Counted from the stretch's first letter, positions 10,677 through 22,484 are shown. The stretch: DNA of 60,390 nucleotides from an uncultured Bacteroidales bacterium (GCA_903913645.1 CAIWMA010000231.1:1-60390); one strand, 5' to 3'. Notes: generated by a model not told the origin, from the sequence alone. Numbers and translations are program-made.

Positions 10677-13600
10677 ATGAGTGAGAAAAAAATACTGAAA
10701 CCCGATTATCTGTTTGAGGTAAGTTGGGAAGTTTGCAACAAAGTTGGAGGAATTTACACGGTTGTAGCCACCAAGGCTCCCGGGATACAGCAGGAATACG
10801 GTAACAATTACATACTTATCGGTCCTGACGTTTGGAAAGAAACCAGCCAGAATCCGGAATTTACTGAGGATAAGTCGATATTGAGAGTTTGGCGCGAACG
10901 AGCCGAAAACGAAGGCTTGCGTATAAAAATCGGCAGATGGAATATTAAAGGACGGCCTGTAGTTATACTTGTGGATTTTACCCAGTATATTCCTTCAAAA
11001 GACAAAATCCTGGCCGAATTCTGGGAAAAATACAAACTGGATAGTATTACCGGATCATGGGACTATTTTGAGCCGGCACTTTTTGGTTATGCAGCCGGAA
11101 AAGTAATTGAAAGTTTTTATGAATTCAGTTTAACCGCACAGGATAAAATCGTTGCCCAGTTTCATGAATGGATGACAGGCGGAGGTATACTTTACCTCAA
11201 TGACCGTGTACCACAGATTGGAACTGTATTTACAACTCATGCAACTGTAGTTGGAAGATGTATTTCGGGGAATAACCTTCCCTTATATAGCCGCTTCGAT
11301 GATTACCATGGCGATGCTATGGCGCACCGTTTCCAGGTTATGGCAAAACATTCACTGGAATACATTGCAGCAATTGAGAGTGATGCCTTTACAACGGTAA
11401 GCAAACTTACTTCCAATGAATGCAGGCAGTTTCTGGGCCGTGAGCCGGATATGATTACTCCAAACGGATTTGATGATTCCCTGTTCCTTGATGAAGATTC
11501 CCTTGCTTCAAAAAGAATAATAGCTCGTGAGAAACTACTAGCCGTAGCCCAGGCAGTTACAGGTAAGCCCCTTCCTACTGATACGCTTTTCCTTTTGAAT
11601 AGTGGAAGATATGAGTTCAGGAATAAAGGGATTGATCTTTTTCTCGATGCCTTGGCTAATCTGAATAATAATGATAAACTCACTTATCCGGTAGTTGCTT
11701 TTATCACCATTCCTGCTCACCATTCAGGACCTGTGCAGGGCCTGGCCGAAAAAATTGAATCAGGAAATTATGAAAGTGCTGAGGATAAACATTATCTTAC
11801 TCATGGACTTTTTGAGCCTGATTACGATCCTATTTTAAAAAGGCTGAAGGAAAACAGTCTTTTCAATACTTTACAGGACCAGGTAAAAGTAATATTTGTG
11901 CCGAGTTACCTCAATGGAAACGATGGTATTTTTAATCTGAGTTATTACGATCTGTTACCAGGTTTCGACTTGTCTGTATTCCCTTCCTATTATGAGCCTT
12001 GGGGATATACACCTCTCGAAAGCCTAGTTTTTGGTGTTCCTACTGTTACTACCACATTGGCTGGTTTCGGATTATGGGTAAGGAGCATTACCAAAGACAG
12101 TGGTATAACAGTGATCGATCGAAACGACGATAACAACGAGATGGTTGTTAATTCTATAGTTTCGGTTATACTGTCGTTTGAAAAAATGTCGGAAATCAGG
12201 CGTGCGGAACTTTCGGCATCAGCAATCGCTATTGCTCATACAGCATTGTGGAGCAATTTACTCAAATACTATAAACAAGCTTATTCTATTGCTCTCGAGA
12301 AGGTTTCTGACCGTTCCGACTTATTCCGCGACAAGCGGCAGGCCGAGACTGTAATCAGTGTAAATGGCAAAAAACCTTCTTCGCCCGAATGGCGTAAAGT
12401 ACGTGTTCGTCATATGTTTCCCGAGGCACTGACTGGTTTGTTAAAACTTAGCCGAAACTTATATTGGTGCTGGAATAGTGAAGCTACTGATTTGTTCCGG
12501 TTGATAGACCCCAATCGGTGGGAAAATACTGAGCATAATCCAATTGCTTTGCTCGAATCGCTTACTTTCAGCCAATTGCAGGCACTTGAGAAAAATGAGG
12601 ACTTCATGTCACGTCTCAAGGTAGTAATAGAACATTTCGATCAGTATATGGCAAAAAGTGCTGAAAAGAAAGGTCCAAAAATCGCATATTTCAGCATGGA
12701 ATTCGGCTTGCACGAAAGTGTTCAGATCTATTCAGGCGGTTTGGGAGTGCTGGCAGGTGATTATCTTAAAGAAGCTTCCGATTCAAATTCCGATATGATT
12801 GGTATAGGTTTATTATACCGTTACGGATATTTCAAGCAGACATTATCACCTTTCGGGGAACAGGTTCCTCAATATTTTCCTCAGAGATTTAACCATCTGC
12901 CTATAAAACCGGTTCGCTATCCTGACGGAGAATGGATCACAGTTGGCATTTCATTGCCCGGACGTGTTTTGTATGCCAAGGTATGGAAACTCGAAGTGGG
13001 TCGCATTCCTCTTTATTTGCTGGATGCCGATATTGAAGAAAATTCTGAAAACGACAGGTTTGTAACGCACCAATTATACGGCGGCGATCTTGAAGTCCGT
13101 TTTAAACAGGAATTGTTGCTTGGTGTAGGCGGTATTCGTATGATAGAAGCTATAGGTATTGAACCCGACCTTTATCACTGCAATGAAGGCCATGCCGCAT
13201 TCATTGGTATTGAACGTTTACGCGAATATGTACAAAATCACCAATTGTCATTCCTACAGGCAATTGAGCTTGTAAGAGCTTCAACTTTATTTACTACCCA
13301 TACTCCGGTTCCAGCAGGTCACGATGCATTTACGGAAGATCTGTTACGTACATATATCCCACATTATGCAATTCGCCTGAATATATCATGGAATACTTTC
13401 ATGAACCTTGGGCGATATTACGAAAACCACAACGATCAGAAATTCTCAATGAGCGTATTGGCAGCAAAACTTTCGCAGGAAATGAACGGCGTGAGCCGCA
13501 TTCATGGGCAGGTAAGCCGGCAGATGTTCAAGGATATGTATAACGGATTTTATGAAAATGAAATTCATATCGGATATGTGACAAATGGTGTACATCTTCC

Positions 13601-14918
13601 AACCTGGACAAATGCCAAATGGAAGAAACTTTATCTTCAGGAATTCGGACCTGCATATCTCCAGGATCAGTCGAATCCGGAATACTGGAAAAAGATACAC
13701 AACGTACCCGACGAACGGATCTGGCAGATCAGGCAGGACCTGAGAGGCGAATTGGTTAGTTATATCAAAAAACATCTGAAGGATTCGATGGGTACAAGTT
13801 CGGAAAAGCCGAAGCAACTCATCCAGATAATGGAGTCGCTTGATGGTAATGCACTCACCATTGGCTTTGCCCGTAGGTTCGCAACCTATAAACGTGCTCA
13901 CCTGTTGTTTTCCAATATCGAACGGCTGGCACAAATATTAGGTAACGAAAAATTACCTGTGCAGTTTGTTTTTGCTGGAAAAGCTCATCCTGCCGATAAA
14001 GCGGGTGCCGACCTCATAAAACGAATTGTTGAAGTGTCGCGTATGCCACAGTTTGTAAGCAAAATCATCTTCCTTGAGAATTATAATATGGCTATGGCAA
14101 GGAAACTTGTTCAGGGTGTTGATATCTGGCTGAATACGCCGACCCGTCCGCTGGAAGCCAGTGGAACCAGTGGCGAAAAAGCTGTGATGAATGGCGTGGT
14201 AAATTTCAGTGTACTCGATGGATGGTGGGCCGAAGGCTACCGCGAAGATGCAGGCTGGGCGCTGAAAGAAGAACGCACATACGAAAATCAGCAGTTTCAG
14301 GATGAACTCGATGCCGAAACCATCTACAATATCCTTGAAGATGAAATAATTCCTGCATTCTACGATCGTGATAACGATGAGGTTCCACATTCATGGGTTA
14401 AGTATGTGAAAAATACCATTTCAGGTATTGCACCTCATTTTACCATGAAACGTCAGCTTGACGATTATTACGCGAGGTACTATCATAAACTTGCTACCCG
14501 CTCGGCTCTGCTTAAAGATGATGACAATGCCGCAATGCGCAGCCTGGCATCGTGGAAGTTCAGGATGATACGCAACTGGGATGGAATTCAGGTGGTTGAT
14601 GTGATATTACCAAATCCAACCAACGAAGTACTGAATCTTGGCGACCTTTTTGTAGCTGAACTTGTTCTCAATTTGGGTGATATCGCTCCCGATGATATTA
14701 TGATCGAGATGATATTAGGTCAGAAAGTTAATGATAATATGGTTGAACCTCAATCTATTTTCGAATTGCATCTGACTAAAGTTGACGGGAACCTGGCACA
14801 TTTCATCATCGAGGTTGAAACGCCACTAGCGGGAGTTTTCGATTTTGCTTTCCGTATCACACCGAAAAATTCACTGCTTCCTCACCGTATGGACTTTAAT
14901 TTGGTGAAGTGGGCATAA
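10677..14918 (+). CDS. glgP: Fused glycogen synthase (GT3) and alpha-glucan phosphorylase (GT35)
   Basis: N-part: EVSWEVCNKVGGIYTV, HEW, GRYEFRNKG, PSYYEPWGYTP (GT3). C-part: YSGGLGVLAGD, NEGH, TTHTPVPAGHD, ARRFATYKR, PLP motif EASGTSGEK (GT35). Confidence 0.93.
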   Translation: MSEKKILKPDYLFEVSWEVCNKVGGIYTVVATKAPGIQQEYGNNYILIGPDVWKETSQNPEFTEDKSILRVWRERAENEGLRIKIGRWNIKGRPVVILVDFTQYIPSKDKILAEFWEKYKLDSITGSWDYFEPALFGYAAGKVIESFYEFSLTAQDKIVAQFHEWMTGGGILYLNDRVPQIGTVFTTHATVVGRCISGNNLPLYSRFDDYHGDAMAHRFQVMAKHSLEYIAAIESDAFTTVSKLTSNECRQFLGREPDMITPNGFDDSLFLDEDSLASKRIIAREKLLAVAQAVTGKPLPTDTLFLLNSGRYEFRNKGIDLFLDALANLNNNDKLTYPVVAFITIPAHHSGPVQGLAEKIESGNYESAEDKHYLTHGLFEPDYDPILKRLKENSLFNTLQDQVKVIFVPSYLNGNDGIFNLSYYDLLPGFDLSVFPSYYEPWGYTPLESLVFGVPTVTTTLAGFGLWVRSITKDSGITVIDRNDDNNEMVVNSIVSVILSFEKMSEIRRAELSASAIAIAHTALWSNLLKYYKQAYSIALEKVSDRSDLFRDKRQAETVISVNGKKPSSPEWRKVRVRHMFPEALTGLLKLSRNLYWCWNSEATDLFRLIDPNRWENTEHNPIALLESLTFSQLQALEKNEDFMSRLKVVIEHFDQYMAKSAEKKGPKIAYFSMEFGLHESVQIYSGGLGVLAGDYLKEASDSNSDMIGIGLLYRYGYFKQTLSPFGEQVPQYFPQRFNHLPIKPVRYPDGEWITVGISLPGRVLYAKVWKLEVGRIPLYLLDADIEENSENDRFVTHQLYGGDLEVRFKQELLLGVGGIRMIEAIGIEPDLYHCNEGHAAFIGIERLREYVQNHQLSFLQAIELVRASTLFTTHTPVPAGHDAFTEDLLRTYIPHYAIRLNISWNTFMNLGRYYENHNDQKFSMSVLAAKLSQEMNGVSRIHGQVSRQMFKDMYNGFYENEIHIGYVTNGVHLPTWTNAKWKKLYLQEFGPAYLQDQSNPEYWKKIHNVPDERIWQIRQDLRGELVSYIKKHLKDSMGTSSEKPKQLIQIMESLDGNALTIGFARRFATYKRAHLLFSNIERLAQILGNEKLPVQFVFAGKAHPADKAGADLIKRIVEVSRMPQFVSKIIFLENYNMAMARKLVQGVDIWLNTPTRPLEASGTSGEKAVMNGVVNFSVLDGWWAEGYREDAGWALKEERTYENQQFQDELDAETIYNILEDEIIPAFYDRDNDEVPHSWVKYVKNTISGIAPHFTMKRQLDDYYARYYHKLATRSALLKDDDNAAMRSLASWKFRMIRNWDGIQVVDVILPNPTNEVLNLGDLFVAELVLNLGDIAPDDIMIEMILGQKVNDNMVEPQSIFELHLTKVDGNLAHFIIEVETPLAGVFDFAFRITPKNSLLPHRMDFNLVKWA

Positions 14919-14977
14919 GTTTGAGACAAAGAGAGACTTAGAGATACGGAGAATGTTGGATTGGGAAAGATATCTTC

Positions 14978-15005
14978 CCTAAATCCTAATCCCTAAAACC
15001 TAACT
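14978..15005. repeat. Heptamer tandem repeat (CCTAAnn x4), preceded by a GAGA-rich tract at 14921-14952
   Basis: cctaaat cctaatc cctaaaa cctaact between glgP and fabG. Confidence 0.6.
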
Positions 15006-15047
15006 CCTTTCTTCCATTTATTAACGAATTACTAATAAATCCCAAAT

Positions 15048-15794
15048 ATGAAACTACTCGAAGGAAAAGTAGCCTTGATAACCGGAGCTTCCCGTGGAAT
15101 TGGCAAAGCTATAGCAATTGCGTTTGCACAACAAGGTGCTTCGGTTGCATTTACTGATATGCGCCGCGATGAGATAATGGAAGCTACAGAACTTGAAATA
15201 CAAGCTTTTGGCGTTAAAGCTATAGGCTATGCTTCCGATGCCAGCTCTTTTGAAGACAGCGAACGTGTTGTTGATGAAATAGCAAAAGAATTTGGTCGAG
15301 TTGATGTTCTTGTAAACAATGCCGGTATTACCCGCGACAACCTCCTGATGCGAATGACTGAAGCTGACTGGGACCTTGTAATAAAGGTTAACCTGAAATC
15401 CGTATTCAACCTCACCAAAGCTGTTCAGAAATATATGCTCAAACAGCGTTCCGGCTCAATTGTAAATATGAGCTCGGTTGTTGGTGTCAGTGGAAATGGC
15501 GGACAATCAAATTATTCAGCTTCAAAAGCCGGATTAATTGGATTCACCAAATCAATTGCGCAGGAACTTGGATCAAGAAATATCCGTTGCAACGCTATTG
15601 CTCCGGGTTACATAGAAACTGAAATGACAGCCAAGCTCTCCGAAGAAGTGCGTACCCAATGGGCAGCGCAAATTCCTCTTCGCCGTGGCGGAAAACCCGA
15701 AGATGTAGCACAGGCATGTGTTTTCTTTGCGTCCGACCTTTCTGCTTATGTAACCGGCCAGGTGCTGAGCGTTTGCGGTGGAATGAATACCTAG
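15048..15794 (+). CDS. fabG: 3-oxoacyl-ACP reductase FabG
   Basis: TGASRGIG, NNAGITRDNLLMRM, YSASKAG, NAIAPGYIETEMT, YVTGQVL. Confidence 0.93.
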   Translation: MKLLEGKVALITGASRGIGKAIAIAFAQQGASVAFTDMRRDEIMEATELEIQAFGVKAIGYASDASSFEDSERVVDEIAKEFGRVDVLVNNAGITRDNLLMRMTEADWDLVIKVNLKSVFNLTKAVQKYMLKQRSGSIVNMSSVVGVSGNGGQSNYSASKAGLIGFTKSIAQELGSRNIRCNAIAPGYIETEMTAKLSEEVRTQWAAQIPLRRGGKPEDVAQACVFFASDLSAYVTGQVLSVCGGMNT

Positions 15795-15815
15795 AGTAAT
15801 TCAATTTTAAATATT

Positions 15816-15853
15816 AAAAGCGGATTTCCCCGATTGGGAAATCCGCTTTTTTT
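15816..15853 (+). terminator. Intrinsic terminator after fabG
   Basis: AAAAGCGGATTTCCC-CGATT-GGGAAATCCGCTTTTTTT: perfect stem plus U-tract. Confidence 0.9.
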
Positions 15854-16286
15854 CTGTTCAATTTTTAATTACCTGAAAATCATGAATGTCGAGAGTTCAG
15901 GAACAATTCAATCTTGATATCGGAAGTCACTTGAGCATTGAACCATTCATCTGTTAACTCGGAATGAATATGAAGCTTAATCATTTTAGTGATATTCAAA
16001 TGGTGCTATTTAGCAATCTTTTTCACTTTATAATAATATTTTCAACAAAATAGTTGAATTTAAGTACTGATTTTCCGTAATTATATATTTTGCAGCCTGG
16101 TAAACATAATTAAGATATTAGTTGTTAATAAATTTTAAATCCTTTGTTGTGTATTCCTTGTACGATTCGTTTTTAGCTGGATTTTCTTTTTTTTTTACAT
16201 TGCTTTAGCGTAAATATTATTATTACATACTACTTCTATTACTCGCACTTTTTTAACTGGATTATCAAAAAATTAAAATATAAACT

Positions 16287-19200
16287 ATGGCAAAAAAGGA
16301 GCTGAATATAGTGATTGCTGAGAATTTGGCTGAGCAGAATGAAAGTGCATTCACCCGAACCGAATTTCCTGTTGTTTGTATTGGAGCTTCAGCGGGAGGC
16401 CTGGAAGCATTGCAGGAATTTTTTCAGAATATGCCGCCTAATCCTGGGGCGGCTTTTGTAATCATACAACATCTTTCTCCTGATTATAAAAGTCTTATGG
16501 GTGAATTGCTTGCACGCCATACTCCTTTGAATATCCATCGTGTTATTGATGGAATGCCTGTTGAGAAAGATCATCTCTACCTCATACCACCCAGGAAAAA
16601 CATGACCATCTTTCATGGCAAGTTGCTCCTTTCTGATCAAAATCCAGGACGTTCGCTCAATTTGCCTATTGATATTTTTATGCGTTCACTGGCTAAGGAC
16701 CAGGAGAAAAATGCAATTGGAATTATACTTTCAGGGACTGGGAGTGATGGTACACTCGGCATTCGTGCCATTAAAGAATACGGTGGAATGACAATGGTGC
16801 AGGACGACCGGTCTGCCAAATTTGATGGTATGCCCCGTAGTTCCATTTCAACAGGAAAGGTGGATATTATTCGTTCCGCATCACAACTTCCATTAGAGCT
16901 GTTCAACTATATCAATCACCCGCTGATAAGCAAATCCGAAAAAATCGAGCAACAAATCAGTGAAGACGGAAATCAGCTTTCAAAAATGATTTCCATCCTT
17001 CGCGATGAAATGGGTGTTGATTTTTCATGCTACAAGGACAGCACGATAATCCGCCGGCTGGAGAAACGCATTAGTATCAACCGGTTCGCTAACATCGAAG
17101 ATTACGTGAATTTTCTTTCAGGCAACCAGCGTGAAGTTCATGTGCTTTTTAATGATCTTTTGATTGGTGTTACCCGGTTTTTCAGGGATGAAGATGCTTT
17201 CGAGAAAATTAAAAATGAAGTATTGCCGGTTATCCTGAAGCCTAATCTTACCGGGATTCCGCTTCGAATATGGTCGTCGGGTTGCTCTACCGGCGAAGAG
17301 CCATACTCCCTCGCGATGATGATCAAGGAATATCTGAATGAGAATTTTATAAACCGTGAGGTGAAGATATTTGCCACCGACATTGATTCCGATGCACTCG
17401 ACTTTGCAGGAAGCGGCACTTATCCTGAGAGCATAGTTTCGGATGTTTCCCAGGAAAGACTCAGCCGGTTTTTTACGCGTAAGGATGGTGGTTATCAAAT
17501 AACTGACAGCATAAGGAGTATGGTGATTTTTGCGAAACATAACATTTTGCGCGATCCTCCATTTTCAAAAATAGACCTGATTTCATGCCGGAATATGCTC
17601 ATTTATCTCAATGCCGATGTTCAGCAGAAAATACTTTCGATGTTTTACATGTCGTTAAAGGAAAACAGCTTTATGTTCCTCGGTAGCAGCGAGTCGATAG
17701 GTGGACTCTCGGATGGCTTTTTTACAATTGATAGTAAACATAAAATTTATAAACAGAAACCAGGTTTCCGGCCTGCCATGATGGAACCGTTCACGGTTTC
17801 TCCAATTCAGAATAAACGAAATGAATTGAAGAGCGTAGGGAGTTACCTAAGCAGGTCGAAAGTAAAAATTTCGCGCATTGATAGTATCTTCGACGAATTA
17901 CTGGGCGAATATGTTCCCCCTTCGGTGATTATCGATGATTCATACGAAATCATTCATACCATTCATAATGTAGGTGGTTTTATCTCCCTTCCTATAGGTC
18001 AGATCAGCCTCAATTTGCTGAAAATGCTCCCAAAGGAGCTTTCTGTACTCGTAAGTAGTTTGTTGCGTAAAGCTAGCAACAGCGACCAGATCGTAGTTTT
18101 CGAAAATATTCTTTTACCGAAGTTTCCTGAAAAAACAATTGACATTTCAGGCCGTAGGCTAACTGATAATAAAACAGGAGAACGGTATTTTATCATTTCT
18201 TTTCTCGAAAAGGATGCTTCTGTTAAAAAACCGAAAAGTAAAGCCCGCATTGGAAAACTCGAAGTTAATAATCAGTACCAGGATCGGATTGCTGAACTGG
18301 AACGAGAGTTGCAATTTAAAAGCGAAAGCCTACAGGCCACTGTCGAAGAGCTTGAAACTTCCAACGAAGAATTGCAATCATCAAATGAAGAATTGATTGC
18401 TTCGAACGAAGAACTGCAAAGTACAAATGAGGAACTTCAATCGGTAAATGAAGAATTATATACAGTAAATGCCGAACACCAGAATAAAATAGAAGAACTC
18501 ACCGAGTTGAATGCCGATATGGATAACCTGTTGAAAAACACTAAAATAGGAACTTTGTTTCTTGACAGGAGTTTGACAATTCGTAAAATTAATGATGTTG
18601 CAGCGAGGCTTACAAATATCCGGATTACCGATATTGGCCGGCCAATCCATCATATTTCGTTCGATAATCTGTACAGCGATTTCATGAATGATTTACAAAA
18701 TGTGCTGGAAACGCTTCAATCAAAAGAAACTGAAATCCATGATAAAAACAAAGATTCGTACCTGGTAAGGATTATCCCCTACCGCACTGCCGAATATGCT
18801 GTAGATGGTATCATTGTGACTTTTATTGATATCAACAGCCTTAAAAAGTCGGAGGAGCATATCAGCCAGTTAAATAACCGACTTGAGATGGCAATGAACC
18901 TGGGGGGGCTGTCGTGGTGGGAATGGGATTATTCAAAGAATATTCTTAAAACCGGCAGTCTGAAAGCAACCCTTCTTGGGTTTACTCCGGAAGAAATTGG
19001 TTCAGGTTATGAGGCGTGGTCCGCCCTTGTTCATCCTGATGATATCGGGTTAAAAACTAGTACTATGCTCGATCATTTGCAGGGGAAAACACCTATGTAT
19101 GAATGTGAATACCGTATCAGAACCAAAGCTGGTCGTTATCTTTGGTATATGGATCGGGGAGGAGTGGCACTGCGCGACAAGAATGGGAATCCTTCAAGCG

Positions 19201-19661
19201 TATCGGGTATTGTAATGGATATTACACATCACAAGGAGACTGACCTTGCATTGCAGGATAGCGAATTAAAATACAGCCGGTTGTTTGAAACTATGATTCA
19301 GGGAGTTGTTTATCAGAACGCTGACGGAATTATTTTAACAGCAAATCCTGCCGCTCAGCAAATATTGGGACTTACTCTGGATCAGATGCAGGGCCGGCAA
19401 TCTATTGACCCTGAATGGAAATCGATTCATACCGATGGATCGCAATTTCCTGGCATTGAACATCCGGCGATGGTGGCATTGCAAACAGGCAAGGAAGTTC
19501 ATGACGTAATAATGGGAGTTTATAATCCTATAAAAAAAATAAATACCTGGATAAGCATCAATGCGATCCCATTATTCAGAGATTCGGAGACAACCCCATA
19601 CCTTGTTTATTCAACATTTGAAGATATTTCAAGCAAAATAAAATCGTTGGCTCATATTTAG
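16287..19661 (+). CDS. CheB methylesterase-CheR methyltransferase fusion with coiled coil and PAS domains (no kinase domain)
   Basis: CheB motifs [17 protein letters not shown]; CheR motifs [33 protein letters not shown]; (NEELQS)n heptads; C-terminal PAS/PAC domains. Confidence 0.92.
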   Translation: MAKKELNIVIAENLAEQNESAFTRTEFPVVCIGASAGGLEALQEFFQNMPPNPGAAFVIIQHLSPDYKSLMGELLARHTPLNIHRVIDGMPVEKDHLYLIPPRKNMTIFHGKLLLSDQNPGRSLNLPIDIFMRSLAKDQEKNAIGIILSGTGSDGTLGIRAIKEYGGMTMVQDDRSAKFDGMPRSSISTGKVDIIRSASQLPLELFNYINHPLISKSEKIEQQISEDGNQLSKMISILRDEMGVDFSCYKDSTIIRRLEKRISINRFANIEDYVNFLSGNQREVHVLFNDLLIGVTRFFRDEDAFEKIKNEVLPVILKPNLTGIPLRIWSSGCSTGEEPYSLAMMIKEYLNENFINREVKIFATDIDSDALDFAGSGTYPESIVSDVSQERLSRFFTRKDGGYQITDSIRSMVIFAKHNILRDPPFSKIDLISCRNMLIYLNADVQQKILSMFYMSLKENSFMFLGSSESIGGLSDGFFTIDSKHKIYKQKPGFRPAMMEPFTVSPIQNKRNELKSVGSYLSRSKVKISRIDSIFDELLGEYVPPSVIIDDSYEIIHTIHNVGGFISLPIGQISLNLLKMLPKELSVLVSSLLRKASNSDQIVVFENILLPKFPEKTIDISGRRLTDNKTGERYFIISFLEKDASVKKPKSKARIGKLEVNNQYQDRIAELERELQFKSESLQATVEELETSNEELQSSNEELIASNEELQSTNEELQSVNEELYTVNAEHQNKIEELTELNADMDNLLKNTKIGTLFLDRSLTIRKINDVAARLTNIRITDIGRPIHHISFDNLYSDFMNDLQNVLETLQSKETEIHDKNKDSYLVRIIPYRTAEYAVDGIIVTFIDINSLKKSEEHISQLNNRLEMAMNLGGLSWWEWDYSKNILKTGSLKATLLGFTPEEIGSGYEAWSALVHPDDIGLKTSTMLDHLQGKTPMYECEYRIRTKAGRYLWYMDRGGVALRDKNGNPSSVSGIVMDITHHKETDLALQDSELKYSRLFETMIQGVVYQNADGIILTANPAAQQILGLTLDQMQGRQSIDPEWKSIHTDGSQFPGIEHPAMVALQTGKEVHDVIMGVYNPIKKINTWISINAIPLFRDSETTPYLVYSTFEDISSKIKSLAHI

Positions 19662-19824
19662 GAAACGCTCCAATGTGTATCAAAATTTTATGACAATTAT
19701 TTTATTTTTCACTGAAGAAGTGGTAGGAAACTAAAATGAAGTAAATATAAATTGCCCGTACCCGGCATCATAATGTATAAAATCAGTAGTTCTGCATCTT
19801 TTTTCACCTAGATAAATCGTTATT

Positions 19825-22290
19825 ATGGCAATCGGAAATCACAACTTCTCCAAACTGCGTGAAAAAGCAGACAAAATACTACTCAATGGTGGTGGGCCCG
19901 ATAAATCTCTTTATACCAAGGATTTAGAGACTCTGGTCCAGGAGCTGAATATTTACCAGATAGAGCTCGAACAGCAAAATGAAGAATTGATGCACACTCA
20001 GCTAGAATTGGAAAAAAGTCGTCAGCGTTTTTCTGATCTGTTTGATAATGCACCTTTTAGCTACTTTTTAATATATGATGATTATCAAATAATTAATCTC
20101 AATGCAACGGCTTGTAAGTTTCTGGGTGGAGATAAAGGGAATTTTATAAATCAGAAAATATCGAAGTTTATTCATCCGGCATCGCAGGATACTTTTCTTT
20201 TTCACTTACGTGATGTGAAAGCTTCGAACAGGTCGTTGACCTGTGATATTAAACTGGTTTCAAGGCTAAAAGAAGAATTCTTTGTGCGCTTGCTCAGTAA
20301 AGCTGAAACTGACGAAGAACATGGTGGGCGTAGTGTTATACGTGTATCAGTGTCGGATCATACAAGCGAAATAGAAGCTGAAATTGCCAGGAAGGAAAGT
20401 GAGGAGAAATTCAGGCAACTGGCTGAAAATTCACCGGTAATTATTTATCGTACAAGTCTGCAGCCCTCATTCCGGTTTGATTACATAAGTCCTGCCGTTT
20501 TTACCATTACCGGATATTCTCCCGAAGAGTTTTATAAAGATCAATCCATACGCTTAAAACTTGTTCATCCTGCTGACATAAAACTATTTGAAGATTCGGA
20601 AAAATTTGTTAATGGAGAGTCCTGTATTTTCCGTTGGGTTCGAAAAAATGGTACCATAATCTGGATCGAACAACGAAATATCCTGATTTCAGATAATGCA
20701 GGACAACCTTTGGTAATTGAAGGAACAGTGCGAGATATCACCGAACAAAAAAATGCCGAGATAGCCCTTCGGGCAAGCGAAGAGAAATACCGTACCATTT
20801 TTGAAGGTGCCCCGCTAGGCATTTTCCGTTCAACAAAGGAAGGTAAGTTTATTGAAGTTAACCATGCTTTGGCTAAAATGTTTGGCTATCAGAATCCGGA
20901 GGAAGTAGTACGCGAAATTTATAATATTTCGAAACAAATGTATGTTGATACACTGAAACGAAGCGAAATTCTGGAAAATACAGCCAGGGACAAAGTTTCA
21001 AAGTTCGAGAACCTGTATAAACGAAAGAATGGCGAGATCTTTTATGCTAATTTGTATCAAAGAGAAATCTCCGATGATAAAGGGAATATTCTTCTTGAAG
21101 GAATGGTAGAGGATATTACCGATTCGAAAAATTATGAAAAAATCCTTAAATCCGCGATATCGAAAGCCGAGGAAGGTGATCGTCTTAAAATGTCTTTTCT
21201 GCAAAATATGTCGCACGAAATCAGGACTCCTATGAATGCTATATGTGGATTTTCGGACTTGCTTTTAGACGAAACAGACGAAAATTCGATACGGTCATTT
21301 ACCAATATTATCCACAACAGTTCACAGCAGTTGCTAAGCCTTATTGATGATATTATTTTGTATTCTAAACTTCAGACTAAAATTATCCCCGTCAAATTAT
21401 CCGGATTTAAAGTGTTTAGCCTCATCAAGGACGTTTATGATTCATTTAGTGTTCAGGATATCCCCGAAAATATAACTCTGAAGTATGAAATTGATTCCAA
21501 TTGTAAAGATATTATTATCAGGGGGGATTATGATAAATTGCGACAGGTGATGACTAACCTGTTTTCGAACGCCATTAAATACACCAACCGGGGCGAAATT
21601 GTTATAAGTTGTGCAGTTATCGGTGATAGAATAGAGTTTTCTGTCAGGGATACCGGGATAGGTATTCCGGCAGCAGAACAATCAACTGTTTTTAACCGTT
21701 TTTACAGGGGACAGCAGGTTGAAAAGACAGCCATTCGTGGAACCGGTTTAGGACTGAGTATTGTTAAAGAGATGGTTGATTTGCTCGAAGGAAATGTGAA
21801 CGTAGAATCAGAGCCCGATAAGGGTTCAAGATTCTTTTTCTCAATTCCTCTGGTTTTAGGTATTCCGATAGAAATTAAGAAAACAACCGGAGATTCATCG
21901 GAGACAATTATGAATGAACTTTCGGTGTTGATAGTTGAAGACGAAATTTATAATTTTCTTTATTTGCATGCCGTACTGGAAAAACTGGTAAAAGATATTG
22001 ATAATGCTTTTGATGGAAAAGAGGCTTTGGATATGGTTAAAACAAAAAAATACGACTTGGTTTTTATGGATTTAAAAATGCCTGTTATGGACGGGCATGA
22101 AGCCACCAGGCAAATCAAAGAGCTGTTTCCTGATATTCCCATTATTGCTCAAACCGCGTATTCACACTCTGAAGAGAAAAAACTGGCCTTTGAATCAGGA
22201 TGTGATGGATACCTTACCAAACCAATCAGTAAAGAAGACGTAATTAGTGCTATAAATGCAGTTTTTTCGAAAAACAGAAAGCCGTTGTAA
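19825..22290 (+). CDS. Cytoplasmic PAS-domain hybrid histidine kinase/response regulator
   Basis: ELNIYQIELEQQNEEL coil, three PAS domains, H-box NMSHEIRTPMN, N-box NLFSNAIKYT, DTGIGI, GTGLGL, receiver LVFMDLKMPVMDG...KP. Confidence 0.93.
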   Translation: MAIGNHNFSKLREKADKILLNGGGPDKSLYTKDLETLVQELNIYQIELEQQNEELMHTQLELEKSRQRFSDLFDNAPFSYFLIYDDYQIINLNATACKFLGGDKGNFINQKISKFIHPASQDTFLFHLRDVKASNRSLTCDIKLVSRLKEEFFVRLLSKAETDEEHGGRSVIRVSVSDHTSEIEAEIARKESEEKFRQLAENSPVIIYRTSLQPSFRFDYISPAVFTITGYSPEEFYKDQSIRLKLVHPADIKLFEDSEKFVNGESCIFRWVRKNGTIIWIEQRNILISDNAGQPLVIEGTVRDITEQKNAEIALRASEEKYRTIFEGAPLGIFRSTKEGKFIEVNHALAKMFGYQNPEEVVREIYNISKQMYVDTLKRSEILENTARDKVSKFENLYKRKNGEIFYANLYQREISDDKGNILLEGMVEDITDSKNYEKILKSAISKAEEGDRLKMSFLQNMSHEIRTPMNAICGFSDLLLDETDENSIRSFTNIIHNSSQQLLSLIDDIILYSKLQTKIIPVKLSGFKVFSLIKDVYDSFSVQDIPENITLKYEIDSNCKDIIIRGDYDKLRQVMTNLFSNAIKYTNRGEIVISCAVIGDRIEFSVRDTGIGIPAAEQSTVFNRFYRGQQVEKTAIRGTGLGLSIVKEMVDLLEGNVNVESEPDKGSRFFFSIPLVLGIPIEIKKTTGDSSETIMNELSVLIVEDEIYNFLYLHAVLEKLVKDIDNAFDGKEALDMVKTKKYDLVFMDLKMPVMDGHEATRQIKELFPDIPIIAQTAYSHSEEKKLAFESGCDGYLTKPISKEDVISAINAVFSKNRKPL

Positions 22291-22427
22291 TCCAATTTGA
22301 ACAATGCTGCAATTGGGCAGGGTTGCATTTTGAATTGATATGAGCGAGATAAGTGTACCGGTGATTTTTTTTTGCTGGTACTTGCTTAGAATAATAATGC
22401 AAACTCAGGTATAACCATACTAAAATG

Positions 22428-22470
22428 AAAAAAGCAGGAATCGATTTGAGTCGAATTCCTGCTTTTTTTT
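22428..22470. terminator. Bidirectional intrinsic terminator between the convergent kinase and SDR genes
   Basis: AAAAAAGCAGGAATCGA-TTTGAG-TCGAATTCCTGCTTTTTTTT, with A and T tracts on the two sides. Confidence 0.85.
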
Positions 22471-22484
22471 GGAATAGCCGGAAA

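Noticed and set aside
15854-16286. Long AT-rich intergenic region as ncRNA or origin
   Set aside because: No recognisable RNA motif or repeated DnaA boxes; compatible with an ordinary promoter region.
18345-18480. 21-nt periodic repeat as a CRISPR-like or DNA-level element
   Set aside because: It encodes the NEELQS coiled-coil heptads of the CheB-CheR protein; there are no spacers.
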